From positions 768,001-832,000 of the forward strand of contig CBDFKD010000002.1 in the NCBI GenBank assembly GCA_965248695.1: DNA of 64,000 nucleotides. The letters are read 5' to 3'. Shown here in pieces: positions 1-9,539 of this stretch; position 1 is the first letter of the stretch, and each line of letters opens with the position of its first letter. A program made the translations under genes and the position numbers. The notes beneath the pieces were generated by a model. The model worked only from the letters and a program-made list of their open reading frames with translations, was not told the DNA's origin and did no database searches. Source of the stretch: Acidobacteriota bacterium. Its GTDB lineage: Bacteria; Acidobacteriota; UBA890; WLXD01.

Positions 1-1250
1 CCGCCAGCAGGAACGTGGTGTTGGAAGGGCTGTACGAGTTCGAAATATTCTCCTATCCGCTCGTCGAACCGATCATGGCCGTTTAACTGCAGTTTGGTCG
101 AGCCGATAGTGATCTGACCAGTTACGACGGTGTCCGACGCGTTTGGCTTGACGCGGAACCGCAGCGTCCCCGAGTTGAGCTCACTACCGATGACCACGTC
201 CACGTTGACGCTCGAATCTCTCAACTCGATCCAAGGGGCGGACGCGACAACCGTCAAGTCGGGCGTGCCCGTCATCGCGAGGCCGATCTCACCCACACCA
301 CCGCTGCAAGGGAAGCCGGCGCTCTTGCTCTCAGGGGAAACGATTGTGACGGTGCCGCCACCGCCACCGCCGCCACCGCCATCGTCGTCGTCGGTGATGG
401 TGCCGACTCCCTGCCCATCGCCGATCGTGGGCAGCCCGATGGAGCCAGAACCACCGCTCGGAAAAACGTTGGAGAGGTTCACGGTGAAGGTCTCGTCGGA
501 CTCGGCGGTCGCATCCCCGTTCACAGAAACGTTGAACGTCTTCGTCTCACCGCCCGTGCCGTTGAAGCTCAGCGTGCTCGTCTTCGCGGTGTAGTCGCTG
601 CCCGCCGTGGCGCTGCCGTCGGCGGTCGCGGCCTGGACGGTGAAAGCGTCCGAGGCGGCCGACAGCGTCACCGTGAAGCTGAAGTTCTTGCTGCCGCTGT
701 CGCCCTCAACCGCCGTGACGTCGTTGATCGACACCGTGGCGTTGCCACCCCCACCGCCACCGGCGTCGTCGTCAGGGGTAATGGTGACCGTCGCCGTATC
801 GTCGCCGATCGTCACATCGGCAGCGCCGGCTCCCCCCACGCCGGTGATCTTCACGGTGAAGGTCTCGTTGCCCTCCACCTCCGTGTCGTCATGGATCTCG
901 ATGTTGAAGATTTTGGTTTGCGGCAGTCCCGTACCGGTCAGCGTCGTCGTTCGCCCAGTGTAGTCAGCGCCGTCCGTGGCAGTGTCGCCTGGCCCCGTGA
1001 AAGCGGTGATGGTGAATTCGAACGGGGGGGCGTCGCCGGTGAACGTCACAGGTACGAAGACCTGAGTGTTGCCCTCCTCGATCGAGATGTCGCCGACCGA
1101 CAGAGTGCCAGCGGCCTTGCCGCTCGCGGGCGCACCTGCGGCGGCGATCTGCGGCGCCGAGATCAGCAGGATCACCAGCGCCAGCGCCACGGCGGGACGG
1201 GAGACATCGACGCGCGCACGCTTCTGTAGAGCCAGGGCTAGCCGGGACAT
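1..1250 (-). CDS. Secreted Calx-beta repeat surface protein (partial, runs off left edge)
   Basis: Not in ORF track. Manual translation from ATG 1250: signal-like N-terminus (RPAVALALVILLISAPQIAAA), two Calx-beta-like repeats (ATDGADY...IHDDTEVEGNETFTVKI; ATAGSDY...VNGDATAESDETFTVNL), poly-Gly linkers, BACON-like segment (ASAPWIEL...FRVKPN). No stop found to base 1. Confidence 0.85.
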   Translation of the reverse strand, partial: MSRLALALQKRARVDVSRPAVALALVILLISAPQIAAAGAPASGKAAGTLSVGDISIEEGNTQVFVPVTFTGDAPPFEFTITAFTGPGDTATDGADYTGRTTTLTGTGLPQTKIFNIEIHDDTEVEGNETFTVKITGVGGAGAADVTIGDDTATVTITPDDDAGGGGGGNATVSINDVTAVEGDSGSKNFSFTVTLSAASDAFTVQAATADGSATAGSDYTAKTSTLSFNGTGGETKTFNVSVNGDATAESDETFTVNLSNVFPSGGSGSIGLPTIGDGQGVGTITDDDDGGGGGGGGGTVTIVSPESKSAGFPCSGGVGEIGLAMTGTPDLTVVASAPWIELRDSSVNVDVVIGSELNSGTLRFRVKPNASDTVVTGQITIGSTKLQLNGHDRFDERIGEYFELVQPFQHHVPAG

Positions 1251-1453
1251 TCGTCACCTTCTCGCTTCGTGCCAGGGCGAGCCCAAATCCACCGTGCGGA
1301 CGGCCGAGGTCGCCGGGTGGCTGCTCTAGGGACAGTTGACCAAGAGACCGCGGATGCGGCGGCTAGCCGCAAAGGAGACGGTCCTCAGTACACCGTCAAA
1401 CGGCGCAGATTATAGCTAATTGAGGGGTCCCACGTCGCCGTGAATCATGTTCG

Positions 1454-2869
1454 TCACGATCGGTGCACGACGACCATCTTGAGCTCGGTCATCTCCTCGA
1501 CCGCATACTTCGGACCCTCCTTGCCCAGACCGCTGTCCTTGAGCCCGCCGTACGGCATGTGGTCGGCGCGGAACTGGGTGCCGCCGTTGATGATGAGGTT
1601 GCCGGAGTCGACCTCGAGCGCGAACTTCAACGCGTTGTCGAGATTCTCCGTAAAGATGGCGGCCGACAGCCCGAACCGAGTGTCGTTGGCCAGCTGGATC
1701 GCCTCGTCGATGTCGGCAGCGGGTGTCACCCCCACCGCGGGGCCGAACAGCTCCTCGCGTGAGAAGCGCATATCCGGGGTGACGTCGGCCAGGATCGCCG
1801 GCTGCACTACCGCGCCGTCTCTGCCACCGCCAGCGAGCATGCGGGCTCCGGCACCGACCGCCTCCTCGATCCATTGGTTCACCCGTACCGCGTCAGACTC
1901 GCGCACCATCGGGCCGACATTGACCGAGTCTCCCATCGGATCGCCGGTGGCCAGCGCCTCGATTCGGGGCACCAGGGCGTCGAGATAGTCGCCGTAGATC
2001 GTTTGGTCGACGATGACGCGCTGGGTCGAGATGCAGACTTGGCCGGCGTTGGAGTAGCCGCTGGTGGCTGTGGCCGCCGCTACCTTGTCGAGGTCGGCGT
2101 CGGGCAGCACGATGAGCGGCGAGTTGGAGCCCAGCTCCATCGTTACCTTCTTCAGGCCCGCGGTACACATGATGTGCTCGCCGACCTCCTGGCTGCCGGT
2201 GAAGGTCACCTTGCGCACCGCCGGGTGCGACACCAGCGCATCGCCGATGGTGCCACCGGAACCGGTGACGCACTGGATCGCCTCGGGCGGCAGCCCCGCA
2301 TCGAGCAACGCCTCGGTCAGCTTGAGCGCCGACAGCGGCGTGTCGCTCGCCGGTTTGATCACTACCGCGTTGCCGGCAGCCAGCGCCGGGCCCACCTTGT
2401 GGGCCACCAGGTTGAGCGGGAAGTTGAACGGCGAGATCGCTACCACCACGCCGACGGGAACGCGGACCGTGAACCCGAACTTCATGTCGTTTCCGGGGGC
2501 CGCATCCAGAGCGATGGTCTCGCCGGTCAGGCGCTTGGCTTCCTCGGCCGACAGGGTCATGGTCTGGAAGCAGCGATCGGCCTCGAGCAATCCCTCGGCG
2601 AGGATCTTGCCCTCCTCGCGGGTGATGGTCTCGCCGAAGTCTTGGCGGCGCTCCTGGATGAGCTTGGCCGCCCGCGTGAGGATTTCGTAGCGTTCGTAGG
2701 CGCTGAGTGCGCGCATGGCGCGGGCGCCGCGCTCGGCGCTCTCCAGCGCCCGATTGACGTCATCGAGCGTGGCCGCCGGGACGGTGTCGAACGCCTCGCC
2801 GCTGTAGGGGTTGACGACATCCATGGCGTCGCCGCCGGAGGTCCATTCGCCGTTCAGGTACATCTGCAT
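1454..2869 (-). CDS. NAD(P)-dependent aldehyde dehydrogenase
   Basis: ISPFNFP, KPAS, FTGS, MELGSN, NAGQVCIS, EELFGP, PYGGLKDSG motifs. Start trimmed to MQMYLNGEW. Confidence 0.95.
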   Translation of the reverse strand: MQMYLNGEWTSGGDAMDVVNPYSGEAFDTVPAATLDDVNRALESAERGARAMRALSAYERYEILTRAAKLIQERRQDFGETITREEGKILAEGLLEADRCFQTMTLSAEEAKRLTGETIALDAAPGNDMKFGFTVRVPVGVVVAISPFNFPLNLVAHKVGPALAAGNAVVIKPASDTPLSALKLTEALLDAGLPPEAIQCVTGSGGTIGDALVSHPAVRKVTFTGSQEVGEHIMCTAGLKKVTMELGSNSPLIVLPDADLDKVAAATATSGYSNAGQVCISTQRVIVDQTIYGDYLDALVPRIEALATGDPMGDSVNVGPMVRESDAVRVNQWIEEAVGAGARMLAGGGRDGAVVQPAILADVTPDMRFSREELFGPAVGVTPAADIDEAIQLANDTRFGLSAAIFTENLDNALKFALEVDSGNLIINGGTQFRADHMPYGGLKDSGLGKEGPKYAVEEMTELKMVVVHRS

Positions 2870-2882
2870 GGTTGGTCTCTCT

Positions 2883-3315
2883 CTAGTCAGATTGCTCGTT
2901 GGCGTCGGTCTCGAGATGCCGTCGGAAGCATACGATGCGCTCGACCTCCTCGAACCCGACCGCCCGGTGTAGCGACTCGCTGGTGAGGTTGTCGATCTCG
3001 CAGTCTGAAGCAAGCTCGGTGGACCCGCGGCCTCGGGCCCACTCTTCCGCGCCTCGAATCAGCTCCCTGGCCACGCCCTGGCGGCGAGCATCGGGGTCGA
3101 CCCAGATGCCCTCCAGATAGGCAACCGGGGAAGTGGCACAGCCTTCGGCATACTTGCGGGAGCCGAGCTCGGCGAACCCGCCGAGGCGACGATTCCCGAG
3201 GTCGGCGACCAGAACAGTGGTCGTCGGCCGGCCCGGCGGCATCGGTGGCGTCGAGCAGTCGGTCCACTTCGGTCGCCGTCGAGTCAGGCCAAAACGCCTG
3301 GCGCATGCGTAGCAC
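2883..3315 (-). pseudogene. AAC(6')-I-like GNAT acetyltransferase, frameshifted near 3215-3245
   Basis: N-part LRMRQAFWPD is in one frame; GFAELGSRKYAEGCATSPVAYLEGIWVDPDARRQGV...ELASDCEIDN..S..LHRAVGFEEVERIVCFRR is in another. True start may be up to ~3351. Confidence 0.75.
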
Positions 3316-3347
3316 CTCGGCGCGGTCGGATGGCAGCGCGGGGCGGA

Positions 3348-4829
3348 TCAGTTTCGTCGGACCGGGCGGCCCGGTCGCGCGTCCGGAACGAGCTCCCCAC
3401 CGTCCACGACCAGCACGCCGTTGACCAGCGTGTAGCGGACTCCCTCAGATGGGATCGCTGCCTGTGTATACGTCGAGCGGTCGATCACCGTGGCCGGATC
3501 GAACACCGTGATGTCGGCATCGGCCCCGGATCGCAGCCTCCCTTTGTCGTCCATCGCCGGCACGTAGGTCTCGAGGCGGCGGGCGGGCTCGATGGTCATC
3601 TTGCGAAGCGCCTCCATGAGCGTCAGCGTGCCCTCCTCGCGGACGTGCTTGCCGAGCACGCGTGAGTACGTTCCGGAGGTGCGAGGATGGCCCATGCCCT
3701 CGACGATGTAACCGTCGCTGGCGATCATGGTCAGCGGGCTCTCGATCGCAATCCGGGTCATCTCCGGCGTGCGGCTGTGGGCGATCACCTCGCCACCTTG
3801 CTCCCTGAAACGCCCGAAGCTCTCACGCGTCAGGCGCTCGCCGGTCTCGACCCACTGGTGGATGGCGAACCGTTCGTCATCCCACGACTCCCAGTCGTCG
3901 TAGAGGGCGGTTTCAATCTCCGTCATACCGGCCTCGTAGGGATACATCTCGGTAGTTACATCCTGTCCCGCTGCTCGCGCACTCTCGATGATGGCCAGGA
4001 ACTCAGCGATGTTCGCGCCGCCGCTGGAGTTCGCGTGTACGACGTGGAGCGCAGCTTCGGTGCGGCCGGCGCCATCGATCGCCTCCTGCAGGCCCCCCAG
4101 ACCGCCCCCGACGTGAATGTGGGAGGAGGCACCGCGGTTGGCGGCGACAGTAAGCATGGCCTCATACTCGATCATGGTGGTGGCAGGCGTATACGCCAGG
4201 CCAAAGCCGACCGCGACGGCACCGTCCGCCAGCCCCTCGTAAAGGCGACGTCCCATCTCCGCGATCTGTTCGTTGGTGGCCGGCTGGTGTCCGCCCGGAC
4301 CGCTCGGCAGGAAGTTCCCGGTATCGCCCATGACCTCCATGCGCACTCGGATGTGACCGACGCTGACGCCATAGTTGAGGATCTGCCCACCCTCGCGCTC
4401 TAGGTACCACGCCGCGACATCCTCGGTGCCCACTTCCAGCTCCAGCCCGGTAGTGACGCCGTCGCGAGCCATGAGGCGGAAGGCCTCGTCTGACTAGCCG
4501 TGAACGTGCAGGTCGATGAACCCGGGGGCGACGACGAGCCCGGAAGCGTCGATGGTGCGCTCGCCGGCGAGCTCGTCCTCGCTGATGACATCGATGCGGC
4601 CGCCACGGATGCCGACGTTCCGAACCGCGTCCAGACCTGATTCCGGGTCCATCACACGGCCACCCTGAAGAACGAGGTCGTAACTTTCCGCGGGCAATTC
4701 GGCCGGGGCGCAGCCTGACTGAGCCAGGGCAAGCAGGCCCAGCATCGTCACGCCGTAGGCGAACCCGAGGCGCCCGATGGCCGCCCCGACAGTGTTCACC
4801 GCGTCGATCGCGTATCCGAGCTTCAGCAT
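3348..4829 (-). pseudogene. N-acyl-D-amino-acid deacylase-like amidohydrolase with in-frame TAG at 4494-4496
   Basis: ORFs 4494-4889 and 3348-4472 are in the same frame: YDLVLQGGRVMDPESG...APGFIDLHVHG*SDEAFRLMARDGVTT...IASDG...GHPRTSGTY...KGRLRSGADADITVFD. ATG 4829 follows GGAG. Confidence 0.85.
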
Positions 4830-4833
4830 CTGC

Positions 4834-6771
4834 TTACTCCAAACCGAATGCCAGCAGCACGTTCCCCGGTGAACCGCGCAAAATCGCATAGCCGGAGCCG
4901 ACGTACATCATGCCGTCGACGATCGTCGGGGCCGCGCCTCCGAAGCCGCCACCGAAGCCCCTCACGCCGTTGATCGTGTCGAAATCCCGCCGCGTGGCGA
5001 ACTCCCACACTACGCTGCCGTCCTCGGTCGAGAAGGCGCGCATCACACCGTCGCGCGCCCCGACCAAGACCGCGCCGGGAATGGCGACCGCGGGGGCCCA
5101 GTGACCCGAGTGGCACGTCTGACCCGATTCGGGATCTTCACAGTTGCTCGGCTTCGGCACCTCCGTATACCAGGCACGAGAGCCGTCCTCGGCCCGCAGC
5201 GCCGCCAGGCCGCCCCTGCCGTCTTCGAGCGGGAACGGCTTGAGATAGTACTCGCCGTCGAACGCGCCGCCGAAGCCGGCGCTTTGCGCCGCCAGCTCGT
5301 CGCCCGCTTGCGCCACCCACAAGATCTTGCCCTGGTCATCGGGATCCATGGCGGTGATACGGCCGCTCTCTTGGCCTTGAATGAGGATTCTGCTGCCGTC
5401 CTCCAGCGTGTGCAGCACCGGCGAGCCCGAGGCATCGTCGTTGCGGCCGCTGATGAGGCCTGGACAGTTGATTCGCCGCTCCTCCGGTTGCCGCCCGCAG
5501 CCGCCACCAAATCTCTCTAGAGCCACCAGCTGCGTCCACCACAGGCGTTCGCCGGTATCCATGTCGTACGCCGTGACAGCAGCGCAAGTGCCGTCGTCGA
5601 ACCCGACTCGTTGCTCGAAGAACTCGGTCATGTAGCAGTTGCCAGAAGCCGCGTAGAGAGTGCGGTGATCGATATCGAGCGTCGGTGCGTTCCATACGGA
5701 GGCACCGGCCGGTCCGTACATCTGTGTGCCAGCCGAGTTCTTGCGCAATGGCCGAGGGCGCTCGGACATCGAGTACGTCTTCCACACCGTCTGGCCCGTG
5801 TTCACATCCACCGCAACGATGCTGCCCTGGAACTGACAGCACTCATACGACAGATCCCCGCTGGGGAGCTCCTCCCACGATGCGACCCCGACGTACAGAT
5901 GACCTCCGGGCGCGGGGTCGAGCACCGGTGTGCCGGTGATCTTGGCGGCCGCGTGCTCGTCTGGCCGCGTGCCCCAGATCTCTTCGCCGGTTTCGGCGTT
6001 GACGCCGGTGACATAGCCCCGGTAGTCGCCGAACATGGCGACGTAGCGGACGCCGGGCACATCGGTCACCTCGCTCACGCTGACCGCGGTGCGCACCTGT
6101 CCTCGTGCCTCGTAGGACCAGTGCACACAGCCCGTCTTGGCGTCCAGCGCGTAAACGAATTTGTTGTCGCTGCCCACGAACAGCGCCCCGCCCACGACCG
6201 TCGGTTGCGCCCAGGATGCGGAAGCCGCACCCGGAATCGCGAACGCCCACTTCAACTCGAGCTGCGACACCTGCGCTCCGGTAAGCCCGCCCGCTTCCGC
6301 CGGTTGGAACCGGTGGGACTTGCCAGGATCGGGGGACCAGCCGTTCCATCGCGGCCGGCTGAACGGGTCGTGCAGGGTCAACGGGCTGCTGCAGGGGTTG
6401 CTCATCGCGGCGGCGGTGCGGTCGGGGGCGTCACCGAAGGGCTTGGCAGCTGCCAGCTCGGCCAGGGCGAGCAGGTTCTCCTCGCTCCACCCCTCGACAT
6501 AGACAGCCATCGATCCCGTGGTGATCGACTCGAGCACTCGCTCGGCGCTCATCGCCGCCATGGCTTCCCGACTTGGCGCCCGGTTGTCGGCGGCGGTGTT
6601 GTCGTGGCAGGTGGCGCACCGCCCCTCGAACCCCGACCTCATGCTGGCGGGTGAGTTGCCGACCACCGGTGAGTACTGTCCCGACGCAATCGAGCCGGAG
6701 GCATGCCACGCCAGGCCGCTCGCAGCGAGGAACACGACGACACTCAACGAAACGATGAATCGTCTCAACAT
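4834..6771 (-). CDS. Quinohemoprotein PQQ dehydrogenase, polyvinyl-alcohol-dehydrogenase-like (copy 1)
   Basis: Signal peptide, heme c motif CATCH, PQQ propeller repeats (LELKWAF, VYALDAKTGCVHW), vicinal CC (YECCQFQG), C-terminal GNVLLAF. Confidence 0.9.
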   Translation of the reverse strand: MLRRFIVSLSVVVFLAASGLAWHASGSIASGQYSPVVGNSPASMRSGFEGRCATCHDNTAADNRAPSREAMAAMSAERVLESITTGSMAVYVEGWSEENLLALAELAAAKPFGDAPDRTAAAMSNPCSSPLTLHDPFSRPRWNGWSPDPGKSHRFQPAEAGGLTGAQVSQLELKWAFAIPGAASASWAQPTVVGGALFVGSDNKFVYALDAKTGCVHWSYEARGQVRTAVSVSEVTDVPGVRYVAMFGDYRGYVTGVNAETGEEIWGTRPDEHAAAKITGTPVLDPAPGGHLYVGVASWEELPSGDLSYECCQFQGSIVAVDVNTGQTVWKTYSMSERPRPLRKNSAGTQMYGPAGASVWNAPTLDIDHRTLYAASGNCYMTEFFEQRVGFDDGTCAAVTAYDMDTGERLWWTQLVALERFGGGCGRQPEERRINCPGLISGRNDDASGSPVLHTLEDGSRILIQGQESGRITAMDPDDQGKILWVAQAGDELAAQSAGFGGAFDGEYYLKPFPLEDGRGGLAALRAEDGSRAWYTEVPKPSNCEDPESGQTCHSGHWAPAVAIPGAVLVGARDGVMRAFSTEDGSVVWEFATRRDFDTINGVRGFGGGFGGAAPTIVDGMMYVGSGYAILRGSPGNVLLAFGLE

Positions 6772-6828
6772 GGGGCCTCCTGGCAGAGCGTGGTGGAAGT
6801 GTGGTGGGTCCCCTGCTCTTACATGTCG

Positions 6829-7224
6829 TCAGCCGCCGATCGGTGTGCAGAGCTCGAGCAGGATCCCTGATGGGCAGCGAACGTACGACACGGTCTGTCC
6901 CCAGGGTTTCAAAACGGGTGCGCTCAGCTCCGTCGCTCCGTTGTCGAGCGTCGCCCCGTGGGCCACCCCGACATCGTCGGTGACGAGGGCGATCTCGAGG
7001 CCGAGAGGCCGGTCAGAATCCGAGGCGCTGACGTAGCCGTTCGGCAAATTCGTGCGCCCGATCTCGTGTGAGGCGAAGGCCAGTACGGTGGAGCCGGTGT
7101 CCAACTCGCCGTAGTCGCCGGACTCGTGGAGAAAACGACGCTCGAGACCGAAGGCACTCTCGTAGAAGTCGAGGGCGACTTCGACGTTGTCGACATAGGC
7201 GATGGCGTATCCAAAGCTGACCAT
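6829..7224 (-). CDS. VOC/glyoxalase family protein
   Basis: YVDNVEVALDFYESAFG, YGELDTG, KPWGQTVSYVRCPSGILLELCTP. Confidence 0.9.
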   Translation of the reverse strand: MVSFGYAIAYVDNVEVALDFYESAFGLERRFLHESGDYGELDTGSTVLAFASHEIGRTNLPNGYVSASDSDRPLGLEIALVTDDVGVAHGATLDNGATELSAPVLKPWGQTVSYVRCPSGILLELCTPIGG

Positions 7225-7225
7225 G

Positions 7226-7579
7226 TCACTCCTCTAGGGTTTCGGTGGCCCCACGGCGCAACGATCGGATGGCGGGGCCAAGGATCACGCCGGTCACGAT
7301 TCCCGTCGGGACCACGAAAGGTGCATCCCAACTCATCCAGCCGCCTTTGGCAAAGAAGACGCTGGCCGACGCCAGCAGGCCCATCGCGGCGCCCCATCCA
7401 ACGCATTCGCCGAGGGAGGAGTCACGCTTGACCACGATGCTGATCAGCAGAGCGAGGGTGACACCGAAGAGCGTTCCGGCGACGGTTATCGGGCCTGGAT
7501 AGGGCTCCTCGGGCGCGAAGTACACCCCGACGGCACCAAGAAACCCGAGAAACGCTCCAGTCGCGACGATCTTCAGCAT
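7226..7579 (-). CDS. Small 4-TM membrane protein
   Basis: Four hydrophobic segments; packed tightly between co-oriented neighbours. Confidence 0.7.
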   Translation of the reverse strand: MLKIVATGAFLGFLGAVGVYFAPEEPYPGPITVAGTLFGVTLALLISIVVKRDSSLGECVGWGAAMGLLASASVFFAKGGWMSWDAPFVVPTGIVTGVILGPAIRSLRRGATETLEE

Positions 7580-7585
7580 CCGCCT

Positions 7586-9526
7586 CTACTCGAGACCGAA
7601 CGCCAGCAACACGTTTCCTGGCGCGCCGCTGAGGATGGCGTACCCGGAGCCGATGTACACCATGCCGTCGACGATCGATGGGGCGGCGCCTCCGAACCCG
7701 CCGCCGAATCCTGCGACTCCGTTGATGGTGTCGAAGTCGCGCCGCGTGTTGAACTCCCACTGAATGCTGCCGTCCTCCGTCGAGAAGGAGCGCATGACGC
7801 CATCGCGCGAGCCGGTGAACACGGCGCCGGGAATGGCGGCGGCTGCCGCCCAGTTTCCGGAATGACACGTCTTGGTCGATTCCGGATCCTCACAGTCGGT
7901 GCGCTGTGGGATTGCCGTATGCCACACGCGTGACCCGTCTAGCCGCAGGGCCGCGATGCTGCCGCTGCCGTCCTCGAAAGGCAGCGGCTTGAAGTAGTAC
8001 TCGCCATCAAACGCGCCCCCGAAGCCGCCGTTGGGCGCCCCCAGCGCGTCGCCTGCCTGGGCTACCCAAAGGATGGCGCCGTCGTTGTCGGGATCGAGGG
8101 CCGTTACGCGTCCGCTCTCTTGCCCCTGGATCAGAATGCGCCGGCCATCGTCGAACGTGTGGAGTATGGGCGATCCGGAGGGATCGTCGTCGCGACCGTC
8201 GACGTAGCCGGGGCAATTGACGCGCTGCTCCTCGGGGCTCATTCCACAGCCGCCACCATGTGGATCGTTGGCGGTTAGCTGCGTCCACCAGAGCCGCTCG
8301 CCGGTGTCCATGTCGAAGGCGAAGACCGCGTCGCAGGCTCCGTCGTCGAATCCGAACTCCTGTTCGAAGAACTCGGTGATGTAGCAGTTGCCGGCCGTCG
8401 CGTAGAGCTTGCGGTTTTCGAGATCGAGCGTCGGGGCATTCCAAACTGCCGCCCCGGCCGGACCCCACAACTGCGTGCCGGCGGCGTTCTTGCGCAGCGG
8501 CCGTGGAGGCTCGGGGAACGTGTAGGTTGCCCAGACCTTCTCGCCGGTGTTGACGTCGACGGCGACGACGCTGCCCTGGAACTTGCAGCATCCATACTCG
8601 ATCGCCATCCCGGGAATCTCCTCCCAGGACGCCACCCCGACATACAGATGGCCACCTGGCGACGGATCGAGCGTCGCCGGTCCGGTCATCTTGGCGGCTG
8701 GATGGTCGTCCGGCCGCATCGTCCACAGCTTCTCGCCGGTCTCGGCGTTGACCGCACTGACGTAGCCCATGTAATCGCCGAACATAGCCGCATAGCGCAC
8801 CCCTGGCACCTCGGTCACCGCACCGATGCTTACCGCGGTGCGTACCTGCCCCGGTGCCTCGAACGACCAGTGCACGCAGCCGGTCTTGGCATCGAGCGCG
8901 TAGACGAAGCTGTTGTCGCTGCCAAGGAACAGTGCGCCGCCGACGATGGCGGGCTGCGCCCAGGCGGCCGACGCGGCGCCAGGGATGGCGAACGCCCACT
9001 TGAGCTCAAGGTCCGAGATCTGCGCGCCATTGAGGCCGGCAGCCTCCTCTGGCTGGAAGCGATAGGAACGCGTCGGGTCCGGAGACCAGCCGTTCCACCC
9101 TGGCTGGGCGAAGGGGTCGTCGAGCCGTAGCGGGCTGGCGCACGGGTTGCTCATGGCCGCAGCGGCCCGGTCGGCGACGCCGCCGAACGGCGTGCCGCTC
9201 ACGAGCTCTGCCATCGCCCGCAGTCGCTCCTCGTCGAAACCCGGTACAAACTCGGCCATCGGACCGGTCGTGAGCGCGCTGAGAACGCGCTCCGGGTCCA
9301 GTTGCCTGAGCGCTTCGCGGCTCGGCGCGCGACTATCCGGATCGGTGCTCTCGTGGCAGGTAGCGCAGGCAGCCTCGAAGAACACGACCATACCGGCGGT
9401 GGAGGCGTCGGGAAGCGGCCGTTGCCGCTGCGCCCATGCGGTAGAAGGCGAGGCGTACAGGCCCAGCGCCAAGAGTGCGCCGGAGGTGACTACGGCACCG
9501 GTCGAGAGCAGAGCTCGCCTTAGCAT
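7586..9526 (-). CDS. Quinohemoprotein PQQ dehydrogenase, PVA-DH-like (copy 2)
   Basis: CATCH, YGCCKFQG, PQQ repeats; collinear with 4834-6771. Confidence 0.9.
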   Translation of the reverse strand: MLRRALLSTGAVVTSGALLALGLYASPSTAWAQRQRPLPDASTAGMVVFFEAACATCHESTDPDSRAPSREALRQLDPERVLSALTTGPMAEFVPGFDEERLRAMAELVSGTPFGGVADRAAAAMSNPCASPLRLDDPFAQPGWNGWSPDPTRSYRFQPEEAAGLNGAQISDLELKWAFAIPGAASAAWAQPAIVGGALFLGSDNSFVYALDAKTGCVHWSFEAPGQVRTAVSIGAVTEVPGVRYAAMFGDYMGYVSAVNAETGEKLWTMRPDDHPAAKMTGPATLDPSPGGHLYVGVASWEEIPGMAIEYGCCKFQGSVVAVDVNTGEKVWATYTFPEPPRPLRKNAAGTQLWGPAGAAVWNAPTLDLENRKLYATAGNCYITEFFEQEFGFDDGACDAVFAFDMDTGERLWWTQLTANDPHGGGCGMSPEEQRVNCPGYVDGRDDDPSGSPILHTFDDGRRILIQGQESGRVTALDPDNDGAILWVAQAGDALGAPNGGFGGAFDGEYYFKPLPFEDGSGSIAALRLDGSRVWHTAIPQRTDCEDPESTKTCHSGNWAAAAAIPGAVFTGSRDGVMRSFSTEDGSIQWEFNTRRDFDTINGVAGFGGGFGGAAPSIVDGMVYIGSGYAILSGAPGNVLLAFGLE

Positions 9527-9539
9527 CGTGGATATCCCC

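Noticed and set aside
352-392. CCG/CCA and TCG triplet runs as a tandem repeat or array
   Set aside because: They encode a poly-Gly/Asp linker in the Calx-beta protein; no CRISPR-like repeat-spacer structure was seen anywhere in the window.
2883-3315. Functional aminoglycoside-resistance gene or integron cassette
   Set aside because: Frameshifted as given; no attC or integrase recognised; family membership does not establish resistance.
4494-4496. Pyrrolysine call for the TAG
   Set aside because: No pyl genes in the window, the position is not a known Pyl site, and a single C>T change explains it.
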